Made by a program: the position numbers and the translations under genes
Part shown: piece after piece, positions 26,211-38,499 of the stretch
How the letters are laid out: every line of letters starts with the position of its first letter
Numbering within the stretch: position 1 is the first letter of the stretch
Notes under the pieces: model-generated
Database searches by the model: none
What the model saw: only the letters and a program-made list of their open reading frames with translations
What the model was told of the DNA's origin: nothing
Source of the DNA: Malacoraja senta
Taxonomy: Eukaryota
Direction: 5' to 3'
Assembly: GCA_038087875.1 (NCBI GenBank)
Contig: CM075991.1
Coordinates: 14,262,001 to 14,326,000 of the forward strand
DNA: 64,000 nt

Positions 26211-27176
26211 ACTGCAATAAACTTGAGTGGTTTAAGGTGAGAGGGGAAAGGTTTGATAGGAACCTGAGGGGCAACTTTATCACACAGATGGTCATAGAGT
26301 GATACAGTATGGAATCAGGCCCTTTGGCCCAACTTACCCACACTGGCCAACATGTCCCAGCTACACTCGTCCCACCTGCCTGCGTTTGGTCCATATCCCT
26401 CCAAACCTGTCCTATCCATGTACCTGTCTAACTGTTTCTTAAACATTGGGATAGTCCCAGCCTCAACTACCTCCTCTGGCAGCTCGTTCCATACGCCCAC
26501 CACCCTTTATGTGAAAAAGTTACCCCTCAGATTCCTATAAAATCTTTTCCCTTTCACCTTAAACCTACAGTATGTCCTCTGGTCCTCGGTTCCCCTACTC
26601 TGGGCAAGAGACTCAGTGCATCTACCCGATCTATTCTTCTCATGATTTAATACACCTGTATAAGATCCCCCCTCATCCCCCTGTGGTGGTGGACATGTGG
26701 AACGAGCTGCTTGAGGAGATAAAAGACACAAAGTGTTGACGATGTCACAGTGAATGCCATCAGCTGTAGCTCCCTGCAACACGGGAGCAGCTTGAGGGAA
26801 GGGTCTGGGCTAAAGGGTATTTATCTTCATACCCACCCCTCCACACCACCCTCCCCACCTCCCCCAATGGTGCCACGCCCCCTGTTAACTCACAAGCAAC
26901 TGTTGATTGGCTGCCATGCACAGCACCTTCACCAGAACAAACAAACAAACACAGACTTATCCCCCTGGGCAGAGTATTCTAAACTAGAGTGTGTACCCGC
27001 CCGCCACCCACCCACTCCCACGGCAGTCCCCCCACACCTGGTCGCCATTGTCTTCCCCTCCCCCCCTCACGCTCATCGACCATTGATCAGGGGTCGATCG
27101 CGAGGCATTGCCCCCCCCCCACTCTGCCATCGAGGCTCCCTCGGCACTCGCGGATAAACATGGAAAGGCCTTTCTC

Positions 27177-27880
27177 GAGAGACCAAACGTAGACTCGCTG
27201 AACACCTCCGCTCAGTCCGCCTTGGCCTACGCGATCTCCCGGTTGCCAATCATTTCAACTCCCCCTCCCATTCCCACACTGACCTTTCTGTCCTGGGCCT
27301 CCTCCATTGTCAGAGTGAGGCCCAGTGCAAATTGGAGGAACAGCACCTCATATTTCACTTGGGCAGCTTACACCCCAGCGGTATGAACATTGACTTCTCT
27401 AACTTCAAGTAACCCTTGCTTTCCCTCTCTCTCCATCCCCTCCCCCATCCTAGTCGTCATACTAGTGTCACCGTCGTCGAGTCGCGTTCCATTGTTTGTA
27501 TAACTCGTTGTCACCTGGAGGTCAGCCAACAATGGACCATTGTGGGCTCCACCTTTCCTTGACTACGGGTGCTTGTCCGTACGGAGTTTGTACGTTCTAC
27601 CCATGACCTGCGTGGGTTTTCTCCGAGATCTTCGGTTTTCTCCCACACCCCAAAGACGTACAGGTCTGTAGGTGGATTGGCTTCGGTCAAATTGTAAATT
27701 GTCCCTAGTGCGTGTAGGATGGTGTTAGTGTGCGGGATCGCTTTCCTAGTACCATCCATATCTCTTGTTCCTCTCTCCGCTGACTCTCAGTCTGAAGAAG
27801 GGTCTCGACCCCGAAACGTCACCTGTTCCTTTACCCGAGAGATGCTGCCTGACCCGCTGAGTTACTCCAGCACTTTGTGT
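27177..27880 (+). mobile_element. Penelope-like element 3' part: GIY-YIG remnant, terminal module, hammerhead-like core at 27792-27820; SINE piece inserted at ~27560-27740
   Basis: ETKRRL..EHLRS..VANHFNSPSHSHTDLSVLGLLHCQSE..KLEEQHLIF, then the terminal module on the same strand. Confidence 0.8.
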
Positions 27881-27952
27881 CTGTCCTGGCTGTAACCTGA
27901 TTGTACACCACTTTGTGTAGTTACCCCTGGCTCTCGGGGATTCTACAACTAA

Positions 27953-28269
27953 AACCCCTGTCCCACGGTACGAGTTCATTCCAAGAGCTCTCCCGAGTTT
28001 GCCCTGATTCGAACTCGGAGATTTACGGTAATGGCCACTCATCGGTACTCGGGGCTCTCGTGGACATTTTTCCTCATGTTGGAAAATCTTCCCGAGTCTT
28101 CCCGAGTACCTGCCGTTAGCGAGTCTTCCCGAGTACCTGCCGTTAGCGTTACGAGACGTCCCCGAGCTCGTACGTACCCGCTACGTTCATTCTCCGTGCT
28201 TACCACGAGTTTGATTTTTTTTAAACTCGGGAGAGCTCTTGGAATGAACTCGTACTGTGGGACAGGGCT
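27953..28269. mobile_element. PIF/Harbinger-type MITE
   Basis: ~45-bp TIRs CCCTGTCCCACGGTACGAGTTCATTCCAAGAGCTCTCCCGAGTTT; same family as 34152-35129; TSD not clean. Confidence 0.75.
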
Positions 28270-30207
28270 ATTCCTCTCTGTGTGGAAAGCAGATGCCATC
28301 CCCTTGGTGAACTGACCATGACTGAGTTTGATGAATAACACTGCTCTGGATTTGTTTTGTGTGGCTATAGTCTCCAGGGGGCTGTAGCCAGGGTTTAATG
28401 ACTCCCCCTCTGCTATGGGCAGGCCCGGCTCTTGTTGTGTTAACTGCCTGCAGTTCCTGTTGGTGCAGATGGCAAAGAGACCAGCAATAACTCTGCGGAA
28501 GTTTAACGCAAATACCTTACATAGATACCTGCCTCCATTCGCCCATCCCAGGCCCAAAGCTGAATAGTTTGCACCACTTTCGAAAGCTGCCAATTCATCA
28601 CCCGCATCTTCGAACCTCTCCCCTTTCTCCCCTCCCCCTGGGGTATATTACTAGGGGAGCCTCTATCGTGACAGAGATTTATCATTTATCATTGCCTACC
28701 CCCATCAGAAAGCATTGAAAGAGACTATTATACAGAGATACAGCGTGGAAACAGGCCCTTCAGCCCAACTTGCCCACGCCGGCCAACATGCCCCATCTAC
28801 ACTAGTCCTACCTGCCTGCGTTTGGCCCATATCCCTCTAAACCTGTCCTATCCATGTACCTGTCTAAATGTTTCTTAAATGTTGCGATACAACATGCCTC
28901 AACTACCTCCTCCGGCAGCTCGTTCCATACACCCACCATCCTTTGTGTAAAAAAGTTACCTCTCAGGTTCCTATTAAATCTTTTCCCCCCTCACCTTAAA
29001 TTCCTTAGCTTAGTTTAGTTTATTATTGTCCCGTGTATCGAGGTAGAGTAAAAAGCTTTTTTTGTTGCGCGCTCTCCAGTCAGCGGAAAAAAGATACGTG
29101 ATCACAACCGAGCCGTCCACAGTGTACAGATACAGGATAACGGGAATAACATTTGGTGCAAGGTCAAGTCCAGTAAAGTCTGATTAAAGATAGACTGAGG
29201 GTCTCCAATGAGGTAGATGGGAGGTCAGGACCACTCTCTCGTTGCGAGGAATGTTCAGTTGCCTGATACGATGGTTCAGCCCGTCATACCATGCTAGCCC
29301 GTTCTCAGTCTGAAGTCCTGCAGCTTGTGGCGTTTCAACACACTGGGGAAGCCACAGTGTCCACAGGCAGTCTGGGCAACCCTGCACGTCTCCAAAGACC
29401 CCTACTAATTCCTAGAATGCCTATAAATGGGGGGCTGCCGAGAAGAAAGGGGACCCAGTGTGGGGGGGGAGGGGTGAAGAATGGGTGTGAACTTTGTGCA
29501 ACGTTGTCTTTGTGACGACTCTTGTGTGCCCTTTGTCTGCAAAAACCAACAATGTCACTGCACCCAGCTAGGTACGTGAAAATCGAGTATCATCATCTAA
29601 TGCACAGTAGAAAAGGTCCTAGCGGATGGGAATATTTATCTCTTTTGACTTTTACCTGCATCTCCTCTGTAGCTGTAACAGTGAACCGCTAGCACATGAG
29701 ATTCTGCCCTCCATACATTCATCTTTGCACTCTTTTACCCATAGGAGGGACATCAAGAACCAGAGGGACATAGGTTTAAAATGAGGGCAGTGGAGGGAAG
29801 AGGGGGGGGGGGGGGAGGGAAAGATTTAATAGGAACGTGAGAGGCAACATTTTTGCCGACGGAGGTAGTCGAGGCAAGTACTATCACAAATTTTAAGAAA
29901 CATTTGAACAGGTACATGGATAGGACAGGTTTAGAGGGATATGGACCAAACGCAGGCAGGTGGGACTAGTGTAGATGAGGCATGTTGGTTGGCATGGCCG
30001 AGTTGGGCCGAAGGGCCTGTTTCCACGCTGGGTTACTCTATGACAGTACCTGTTGGTACGTGTGGAGGGCTGGGTTTTACTCATGTATGGGATGGTTTGC
30101 CTGGATAACATGCAAAGCTAAAGTGTTCACTGTTTCTCGACATGGATGATAACAATAAACCAATGCCAATGACGGAGTGGAGAATGGAAATAAGCAAATA
30201 TGAACTT

Positions 30208-31259
30208 TTAATTTTTTTAATTTTTATTTATTAGAAGCAAATGTACAAGAGTAGAACAAACGGCATATAAAATTATACAGTTATTGTACAGCTTCAATTT
30301 TGACTTTTTAGCTTAGAATTAGAAGAAAAGAAAAAGGAGAGAACAAGAAAGAGAAAAAGTGAGATGTGCAAAGATAGGACCCCTAGACGACCAAAGTAAT
30401 GTAGCCAACGAGTGGGTAAAAGAAAGAGAGAAGAGAGAAATAGAAAATAAAAGAACCAAAAGAAAAAGAGAGTTAAAGTGATGATATACCTGCCTCTCCT
30501 CCCTCCCCACCCACCTCACCCAACCCATAGTTGGATTTAAATCCAAAGTTGCGTTGCGCCATACTACCCTTGTAAGAATTCAATGAAGGGTGTCCATGAC
30601 TTGGGGAAAAATGATCTAGTTTTCTGCCAAGACAAGTCTCATATTTTCAAGATGTGGTGTCTCGGACATGTTTATAATCCGCATCTTAAGAGTAGGGACT
30701 GATGTATGTTTCCAAAATGTAAGTATAAGTTTATTCGCCGTTAACAGGCCATAATTAAGGAAATGTCTTTGAAATAGTGATAGCTCAGACCAGGCTTCAG
30801 AAGTACCTAGAGTGATCAGTTACGTGTCCGGATCCAATTTTATTTTTAGTGTTTTAGAAAGAAATTCAAAAATTCCTCTCCAGAAATTATGTAACTTTAT
30901 ACAAGAGGCAAAGGAATGGGTTATAGTTGCTTCCTACAGAAGGCATTTATCGCAAATAGGAGATACATGTTAAAAGATTGTATTCAGTTTAGACTTTGAA
31001 TAATAGAGTCTGTGCAGTATTTTAAATTGTATTAGCGAATGCCTAACGTTAAGAGAACAGTTGTGTATATATAGAACGCTTTCCTCCCATCTGTCTTTTA
31101 AAATTGTTAGGCCAAGCTCATCTTCCCAAGCTCTTCTAATTACTTCTGTCGATGGGGTTTGTATATTTAAAAGGGTATTATATAGGTATAATATTAACTT
31201 GTTTGAGTCCGAGTTTCTATTCATACATTCATCTAGTGTGTCTGGAAACATATATTGAT
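30208..31259 (-). mobile_element. L1-clade LINE, 5'-truncated
   Basis: IQFKILHRLYYS..CDKC ORF2 C-terminus; A-rich tail; 15-bp TSD AGCAAATATGAACTT at 30193-30207 and 31260-31274. Confidence 0.88.
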
Positions 31260-32682
31260 AGCAAATATGAACTTAATGTGTAGAAAGGAACAGCAGATGC
31301 TGGTTTGGACTGAAAATAGACACAACATGCTGGAGTAACTCAGAGGGACAGGCAGCATCTCTGGATAGAAGGAATGGGTGACATTTCGGGTCGAGACCCT
31401 TCTTCAGACTTAAAGCAGGAAAGAGGTTCTTGAACAAACAGCAGAGAGGAGGCAGAGGCGTTAAGTTTAAAACAGTCTAGACATATTAGAAAGTGGTGAA
31501 TATGGCCAATATTAAAACATTTACCAAAGCAACTAAATAGAAGGGAAGGTTTAAGAAGGAACTGCAGATGCTGGAAAATCGAAGGTGGACAAAAATGCTG
31601 GAGAAACTCAGTGGGTGAGGCATCATTCTATATCTATGGAGCGAAGGAAATAGGCAACGTTTCGGGTCGAGATCCTTCTTAGAATAGAAGGGAAGGGCGC
31701 TCTTTTGAGATAGAGATTGTGTCTGGGTTTTCCCAAGTCGAGCTGAGCAGAGGTTCATTTAATGTTCTGAGTGGCCAGATTCCTAATGAACAACGAAGGA
31801 ATGTGGTGTTTTATAAATGAAGAATAAATCTCTTTCAATTCTAGTCACTCACCAGGACTGCAGCTGTTCAAGGTGACTCACCACCACCCCCTTGTGGGCA
31901 AAAGGGGATGGGCAATGAATGCTGGCCAAGTCCACTATTACCACATCTCCAGAAATAAAATGCATGTACTTTTGTTTAAAATAGCTCTGTGGCTTATTAA
32001 TCGGGAAGGAATTTAAGCGTAATATTTTTGACCATTTTTTAAATGGTTGTGATGTTTGATGTGTGTTTGTGGCTTGCTTTAATATTTGAAGTTAATAAAT
32101 AAATAGAGCAACAAGGAACTGCAGATGCCTGTCTATGAAAAAAAGATGCCACAAAGTGCTGGAGTGACTCAGCGGATCAGTCAGCATCTCTGGAGAACAT
32201 GTGTAGGTGACAGTTCGGTACAGACAGTGAAATCAATAGGATGACAATGAAACTAGTACAACGACTAGGGAGGAATATATAGGGTGCATGCACAGAGTCT
32301 CTTGCCCAGAGTAGGGGAATCGAGGACCAGAGGACATAGGTTCAAGGTGAAGGGGAAAAGATTTAATAGGAATCCGAGGGGTAACTTTTTTACACAAGGG
32401 GTGGTGGGTGTATGGAACAAGCTGCCAGAGGCGGTAGTTGCGGCTGGGACTATCCCATCGTTTAACAAACAGTTAGTCAGGTACATGGATAGGACAGGTT
32501 TGGAGGGATATGGACCAAGCGCAGGCAAGTGGGACTGATGGAGCTGGGACATTGTGGGCAAGTTGGGCCGAAGGGCCTGTTTCCACATTGTCTGACTCTA
32601 TGACTAATCATGGCTTATCTATCTCTCCCTCTTAACCCCATTCTCCCGCCTTCTCCCCATCATTCCTGACACTCGTACTAAT

Positions 32683-33705
32683 CTTTGACAATGTCCCCCA
32701 CAAGAGATTAGTGTGCAAAATTAGAGCACATGGTATTGGGGGTAGGGTATTGACATGGATAGAGAACTGGGTGGCAGACAGGAAGCAAAGAGTAGGAATT
32801 AACAAGTCCTTTTCAGAATGGCAGGCAGTGACTAGTGAGGTGTCGCAAGGATAGTCACTAGTGCTGGGACCCGTTATTTACAATATATATTAACGATTTA
32901 GACGAGGGAATTAAATGTAACATCTCCATGTTTGACACAAAGCTGGGTGACAGAGTGAGCTGCGAGGAGGATGCTATGAGGCTGCAGGGTTTCATTTGGA
33001 GAGGTTAGGTTAGTGGGCAGATGCATGGTAGATGCAGTACAATGTGGATAAATGTAAGGTTATCCACTTTGGTGACAAGAACAGGAAGGCAGATTATTAT
33101 CTGAATGGTGTCAGATTAGGAAAAGGAGGTCCAATGGGACCTGGGTGTCCTTGTACATCAGTCACTGAAAGTAAGCATGCAGGTACAGCAGGCAGTGAAG
33201 AAAGCTAATGGCATGTTGGCCTTCATAGCGAGAGGATTTGAGTATATGAGCAAGGAGGTCCTACTGCAGTTGTACAGAGCCCTGGTGAGATCGCACCTGG
33301 AGTATTGTGTGCAGTTTTGGTTTCCTAATTTGAGGAAGGACATTCTTGCTATTGAGGGAGTGCAGCGTAGGTTCACCAGGTTAATTCCCAGGATGGCAGG
33401 ACTGACATATGAGGAAAGAATGGGTCAACTGGGATTTCTTCGCTGGAATTTAGAAGGATGAGAGGGCATCTTATGGAAACATATAAAAATCTTAAGGGGG
33501 GGGGGGGGTAAGAACCAGGGGTCACAGTTTAAGAATAAGGGGTAGGCCATTTAGGACTGAGCTGAACTTTTTCACCCAGAGTTGTGAATCTGTGGAATTC
33601 TCTGCCACTGAAGGCAGAGGAGGCCAATTCGCTGGATGTATACCAGAGAGTTACAATAGATATAGCTCTTAGGGCTAAAGGAATCAAGGGATGTGGGGAG
33701 AAAGC
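32683..33705 (+). mobile_element. Degraded CR1 (RT to 3' region)
   Basis: Homologous to 20430-21500 with stops and indels. Confidence 0.85.
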
Positions 33706-34151
33706 ACAAGTTTTTTTTAGTGTGAAGAAGGGTTCCAACCTGAGATGTCACCTATTCCTCTTCTCCAGAGATGCTGTCTGACCTGCTGAGTTACTCCAGC
33801 TTTTTGTGTCTATCTTTGGTTCAAACCAATATCTGCAGTTCCTTCCCACACCATGTTTTTTGGCTGCTTTTGTGATCACTGCTCACAGTTGCCCTCATGT
33901 GGTCAGTGAACATATAGCAGTATCCTGCAGCAGAGCCGCTGAACCAGAAGGGTCTCGACCCGAAACGTCACCCATTCCTTCTCTCCAGAGATGCTGCCTG
34001 TCCTGCTGAGTTACTCCAGCTTTTTGTGCCTAACTTCGAACCGACACGAGCCCATTTTAGACACAAAGTGCTGGAGTAACTCAGCAGGTCAAGAGGCATC
34101 TCGGGAGAAAAGGAACTAGGTGACGTTTCAGGTCGGAACTCTTCAGACTGA

Positions 34152-35129
34152 AAGCCCTGTCCCACTGTACGAGTTCATTCAAGAGTTCTCCCCGAGTTTG
34201 CCCTGATTCGAACTCAGAGTTTTACGGTAATGGCCGCTCGTAAGTACTCGGGGCTCTCGTGGACATTTTTCAACATGTTGGACGATAGCTAAAATAAAAC
34301 AATTCCTCCAGTTTGATGACCTGGAAAAGATCATCCACACATTCATCTCCTCCCGCCTAGATTACTGCAACTCCCTTTACACTGGCATCAGCCAATCTTC
34401 CCTGTCCCGCCTGCAACTGGTCCAAAACGCCGCAGCGAGACTCCTGACGGGCACCCGAAAAAGGGACCACATCACCCCGATCCTGGCCTCTCTCCACTGG
34501 CTCCCTGTGCGGTTCCGTATAAACTTCAAGATCCTCCTCCATGTCTACAAAGCCCTCAATGGGCTTGCCCCCACCTACATAAAAAGTCTTCTCACCCACC
34601 ACTTCACCTCCAGGCCCCTCTGATCGTCCGACTTGGGGTTGCTGAATATCCCACGGTCTAGGCATAAGCTCAGGGGCGACTGTGCCTTTGCGGTTGCAGC
34701 CCCTAGACTGTGGAACAGCGTCCCCTTTCCCATCAGAGCCACCCCCTCCATCGACTCTTTTAAGTCAAGACTAAAGACTTATCTATACTCCCAAGCCTTT
34801 CCTGACGTCCTCTGAGTGAGGGCTACGTGTATATATGTATGTAGTTTGTTTTGTTGTGCTATTCTTATAACAAATGTAAAGCACTTTGGCCAACGAGAGT
34901 TGTTTTTATAAATGTGCTATATAAATGTGACTTGACTTGATGAAAAATCTTCACGTCTTCCCGAGCTTACCGCGTTTCCCGAGTACCTGCCGTTAGCGTT
35001 ATGAGCCGCTAAGAGACGTCCCGAGCTCCGAGGTACCCGCTACGTACATTCTACGTGCTTACCACGAGTTTGATTTATTTTTAAACTCGGGAGAGCACTT
35101 GAATGAACTCGTACAGTGGGACAGGGCCT
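34152..35129. mobile_element. PIF/Harbinger-type MITE carrying an L2 insertion
   Basis: TIRs AAGCCCTGTCCCACTGTACGAGTTCATTC; flanks TGA/TAA; sits in a minus-strand Penelope module. Confidence 0.8.
34281..34940 (+). mobile_element. L2-clade LINE 3' fragment
   Basis: FISSRLDYCNSL..LQLVQNAAARLLT..HITPILASLHWLP; (GACTT)n tail. Confidence 0.88.
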
Positions 35130-36758
35130 TAAAAGTAGAGGGAGGAAGGCAGGAAAAGGCTAGAACAAAACAGGCAGGCAACAGGTGACTAAGGAAGGGT
35201 GGAGCCCATAATAGCCCATTGTTGGCTGGGTGATAACGAAGGGATACAGGGAACAGTGGAACGGGTACGACGACTAGCGTGGACAGCTTACGATAAGCAG
35301 CATGAACATGGTTTTTTCTAATTTCAAGTAACCCCTGCACTCCCTCTCCCGTTCTCTCCCACCCAAGTAGTCCTACCAGTTCCACTGATTGCATCCCTTC
35401 ACTGTAACCCATCCTTGGTCATCTGTTGCTGGCCCAGTTGTGTTCTGGCCATTTCCTACCTCCAGTCCCCTCTCCCACTTTCAGTCTGAAGGTTTCTAAA
35501 CCAAAACATCACCTATTGATTTTCTCGAGATGCTGCCTGACCTAGTTACTCCAGCACTCTGTGGATTCTTTCTAAACAAGCCAATTTTTCTCCATCAATT
35601 ACCAATTGATATTCTGACCAAATTTGACAGGGACTCCCATGTCCACCATACAAATTGTCCCTCTTCAGCAATAAATGGGCACAATTATTTCACGGTGGTT
35701 GTGTTGAATTGATAGGATCACATGATTTGAATTTAGAGCAAGTCTCATTATGGAACAGTCCACTATGGTTCCTGTCCAAATGTCTTTTTAACATTGTTAT
35801 TGTACCTGCCCCAACCACTTCCTTTGGCAGCTCATTCCATATATCCATCACCTTCCTTGTGAAAAACTTGCCTCCCAATCTTTCCCTTCTCACCTTAAAT
35901 CTATGTCCTCTGGTTATCGATTGTCCAACACCGGGGGAAAAAGACTGCATTCATCCCATCCATGATTTTATACAGCTCTATAAGGTCACCCCTCAGCCTC
36001 CTGCGCTCTAAGGAATAAAGTCCTCGCCTGCCCAACCTCTCCCTGTAGCTCAGGCTCTCGAGTCCTCGAAACATCCTCTTAAACCTTCATTTAGTTTAGA
36101 GATACAGCGCAGAAACGGACCATAATAAAACATTTCCATGGGCAGAGGAATTAAACTGTAATGTTTTATTATTAATGTTTAATGTGTTATTCTTAATTGT
36201 TACTGTATGTCGTGTTGCTACTTGCGAGCGGAGCACCAAGGCAAATTCCTTGTATGTGTACATACTTGGCCAATAAAGTATTCATTCATTCAATAAACCT
36301 ATTCATTCATTCATTCATTCAATGTGAATGTTTTTAATGGGCATTTCAGCAATGGTAAAACTGTTTTTGAACACTTTGAAGAGCTGAAGAGCGAGCAGAA
36401 TGGTGCAATCACAACATCCATGTTGAGCCAACATTTAACAAGTTGTAACATTTCCAATCTAGAACTCAGAAATGGTTGGTATATTATCACTATGATGATC
36501 TACAGTGCCCTCCATAATGTTTGGGACAAAGACCTATCATTTATTTATTTGCCTCTGTACTCCACAATTTGAGATTTGTAATAGAAAAAAAATCACATGT
36601 GGTTAAAGTGCACATTGTCAGATTTTAATAAAGGCCATTTTTATACATTTTGATTTCACCATGTAGAAATTACAGCAGTGTTTATACTTAGTCCCCCCAT
36701 TTCAGGGCACCATAATGTTTGGAACACAGCAATGTCATGTAAATGAAAGTAGTCATGT

Positions 36759-38035
36759 TTAGTATTTTGTTGCATATCCTTTGCATGCAATGACTGCTTG
36801 AAGTCTGTGATTCATGGACATCACCAGTTGCTGGGTGTCTTCTCTGGTGGTGCTCTGCCAGGCCTGTATTGCACCCATCTTTAGCTGATGCTTGTTTTGG
36901 GGGCTAGTCCCCTTCAGTTTTCTCTTCAGCATATAAAAGGCATGCTCAATTGGGTTCAGATCGGGTGATTGACTTGGCCACTCAAGAATTGACCATTGTT
37001 TAGCTTTGAGAAACTCCTTTGTTGCTTTCGCAGTATGTTTTGGATCATTGTCTTGCTGTAGAATAAACCGCTGGCCAATAAGTTTTGAGGCATTTGTTTG
37101 AACTTGAGCAGATAGGATGTGTCTATACACTTCAGAATTCATTATGCTACAATGAAGATAAGTGAGCCAGTACCTTCAGCAGCCATACATGCCCAGGCCA
37201 TAACACCCCCACCACCATATTTCACAGATGTGGCGGTAAGCTTTGGATCTTGGGCAGTTCCTTCTCTCCTCCATACTTTGCTCTTGCCATCACTCCGATA
37301 TGTTCATCTTTGTCTCATCTGTCCACAAGAACTATTTCCAGAACAGTGGATGCTCTTTTAAGTACTCTTAAAGATAATAATGATTAATTTCAGATAGCCC
37401 TTGCTTTCCCTTTCTCTCTCCATCCCCTTCCCCTTCCCAGTTCTCCCACTAGTATTACTGTCTCTGCCTACATTCTATCTTTGTCCCACCCCCTCCATTT
37501 GCATCAGTCTGAAGAAGGGTCTCGACCCGAAACGTCGCCCATTCCTTCTCTGCCTCACCCGCTGAGTTACTCCAGCATTTTGTGTCTACCTTCGATTTAA
37601 ACCAGCATCTGCAGTTCTTTCTTACACTCTTTTAAGTACTTCTTGGCAAACTGTAACCTGTCCATCCTATTTCTGCGGCTAACCAGTGGTTTTGATCTTG
37701 CAGTGTAGCCTCTGTATTTCTGTCCATGAAGTCTTCTGCAGACAGTGGTCAGTGACAAATCCACACCTGGCTCTTGAAGAGTGTTGGACAGTTGTTTGGG
37801 GATTTTTCTTTATTATAGAGAGAATTCTTCTGTCATCAGCTGTGGAAGTCTTTCTTGGCCTACCAGTCCCTTTGCGATTAGTAAACTCGCCAATGCTCTT
37901 GTTCTTCTTAATGATGTTCCAAACAGTTGATTTTGGTAGGCCTAAAGTTTGGCTGATGTCCCTAACAGTTTTATTCTTGTTTCTCAGTCTCATAATGGCT
38001 TCTTTGACTTTCATTGGCACAACTTTGGTCCTCAT
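36759..38035 (-). pseudogene. Tc1 DD34E transposase, disrupted
   Basis: HTH N-terminus with GRPRK; QQDNDPKH...WPSQSPDLNPIE (34 residues between D and E); frameshifts plus insertion at 37367-37626. Confidence 0.9.
37367..37626 (+). mobile_element. Short Penelope-derived insertion with intact hammerhead-like core (37509-37536)
   Basis: 14-bp TSD CTCTTTTAAGTACT at 37353-37366 and 37627-37640. Confidence 0.85.
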
Positions 38036-38499
38036 GTTGATAAACAGCAATAAAAGTTTCCAAAGGTGATGGAAACACTGGAGGAAAGTCTAGGTGCTGA
38101 GAGCTCTCTTATACCTACATTAAGGAGGCAATTAAACACACCTGAGCAATTACAAACACCTGTGAAGCCATGTGTCCCAAACATTATGGTGTCCTGAAAT
38201 GAGGGGACTATGTATAAACACAGCTGTAATTTCTACACGGTGAAACCAAAATGTATAAAAATGGCCTTTATTAATATCTGACAATGTGCACTTTAACCAC
38301 AATTGATTTTTTTTCCAGTACAAATCTCAAATTATGGAGTACAGAGGCAAATAAACCTTCGATTTTCCAGCATCCGCAGTTCCTTCTTTAACAAATAAAT
38401 AAATGATGGGTCTGTCCCAAACATTAAGGAGGGCACTGTATATTATCTAATTTTAAATGTTCTTGAGTTTTAGGAATCATCAGTCAAATATTAACATTT

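Larger units (their letters stand above)
36503..38438 (-). mobile_element. Tc1-family DNA transposon, IR/DR type, both ends present
   Basis: TA|CAGTGCCCTCC...GGAGGGCACTG|TA; ~230-bp TIRs with inner direct repeats CATAATGTTTGG. Confidence 0.93.
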
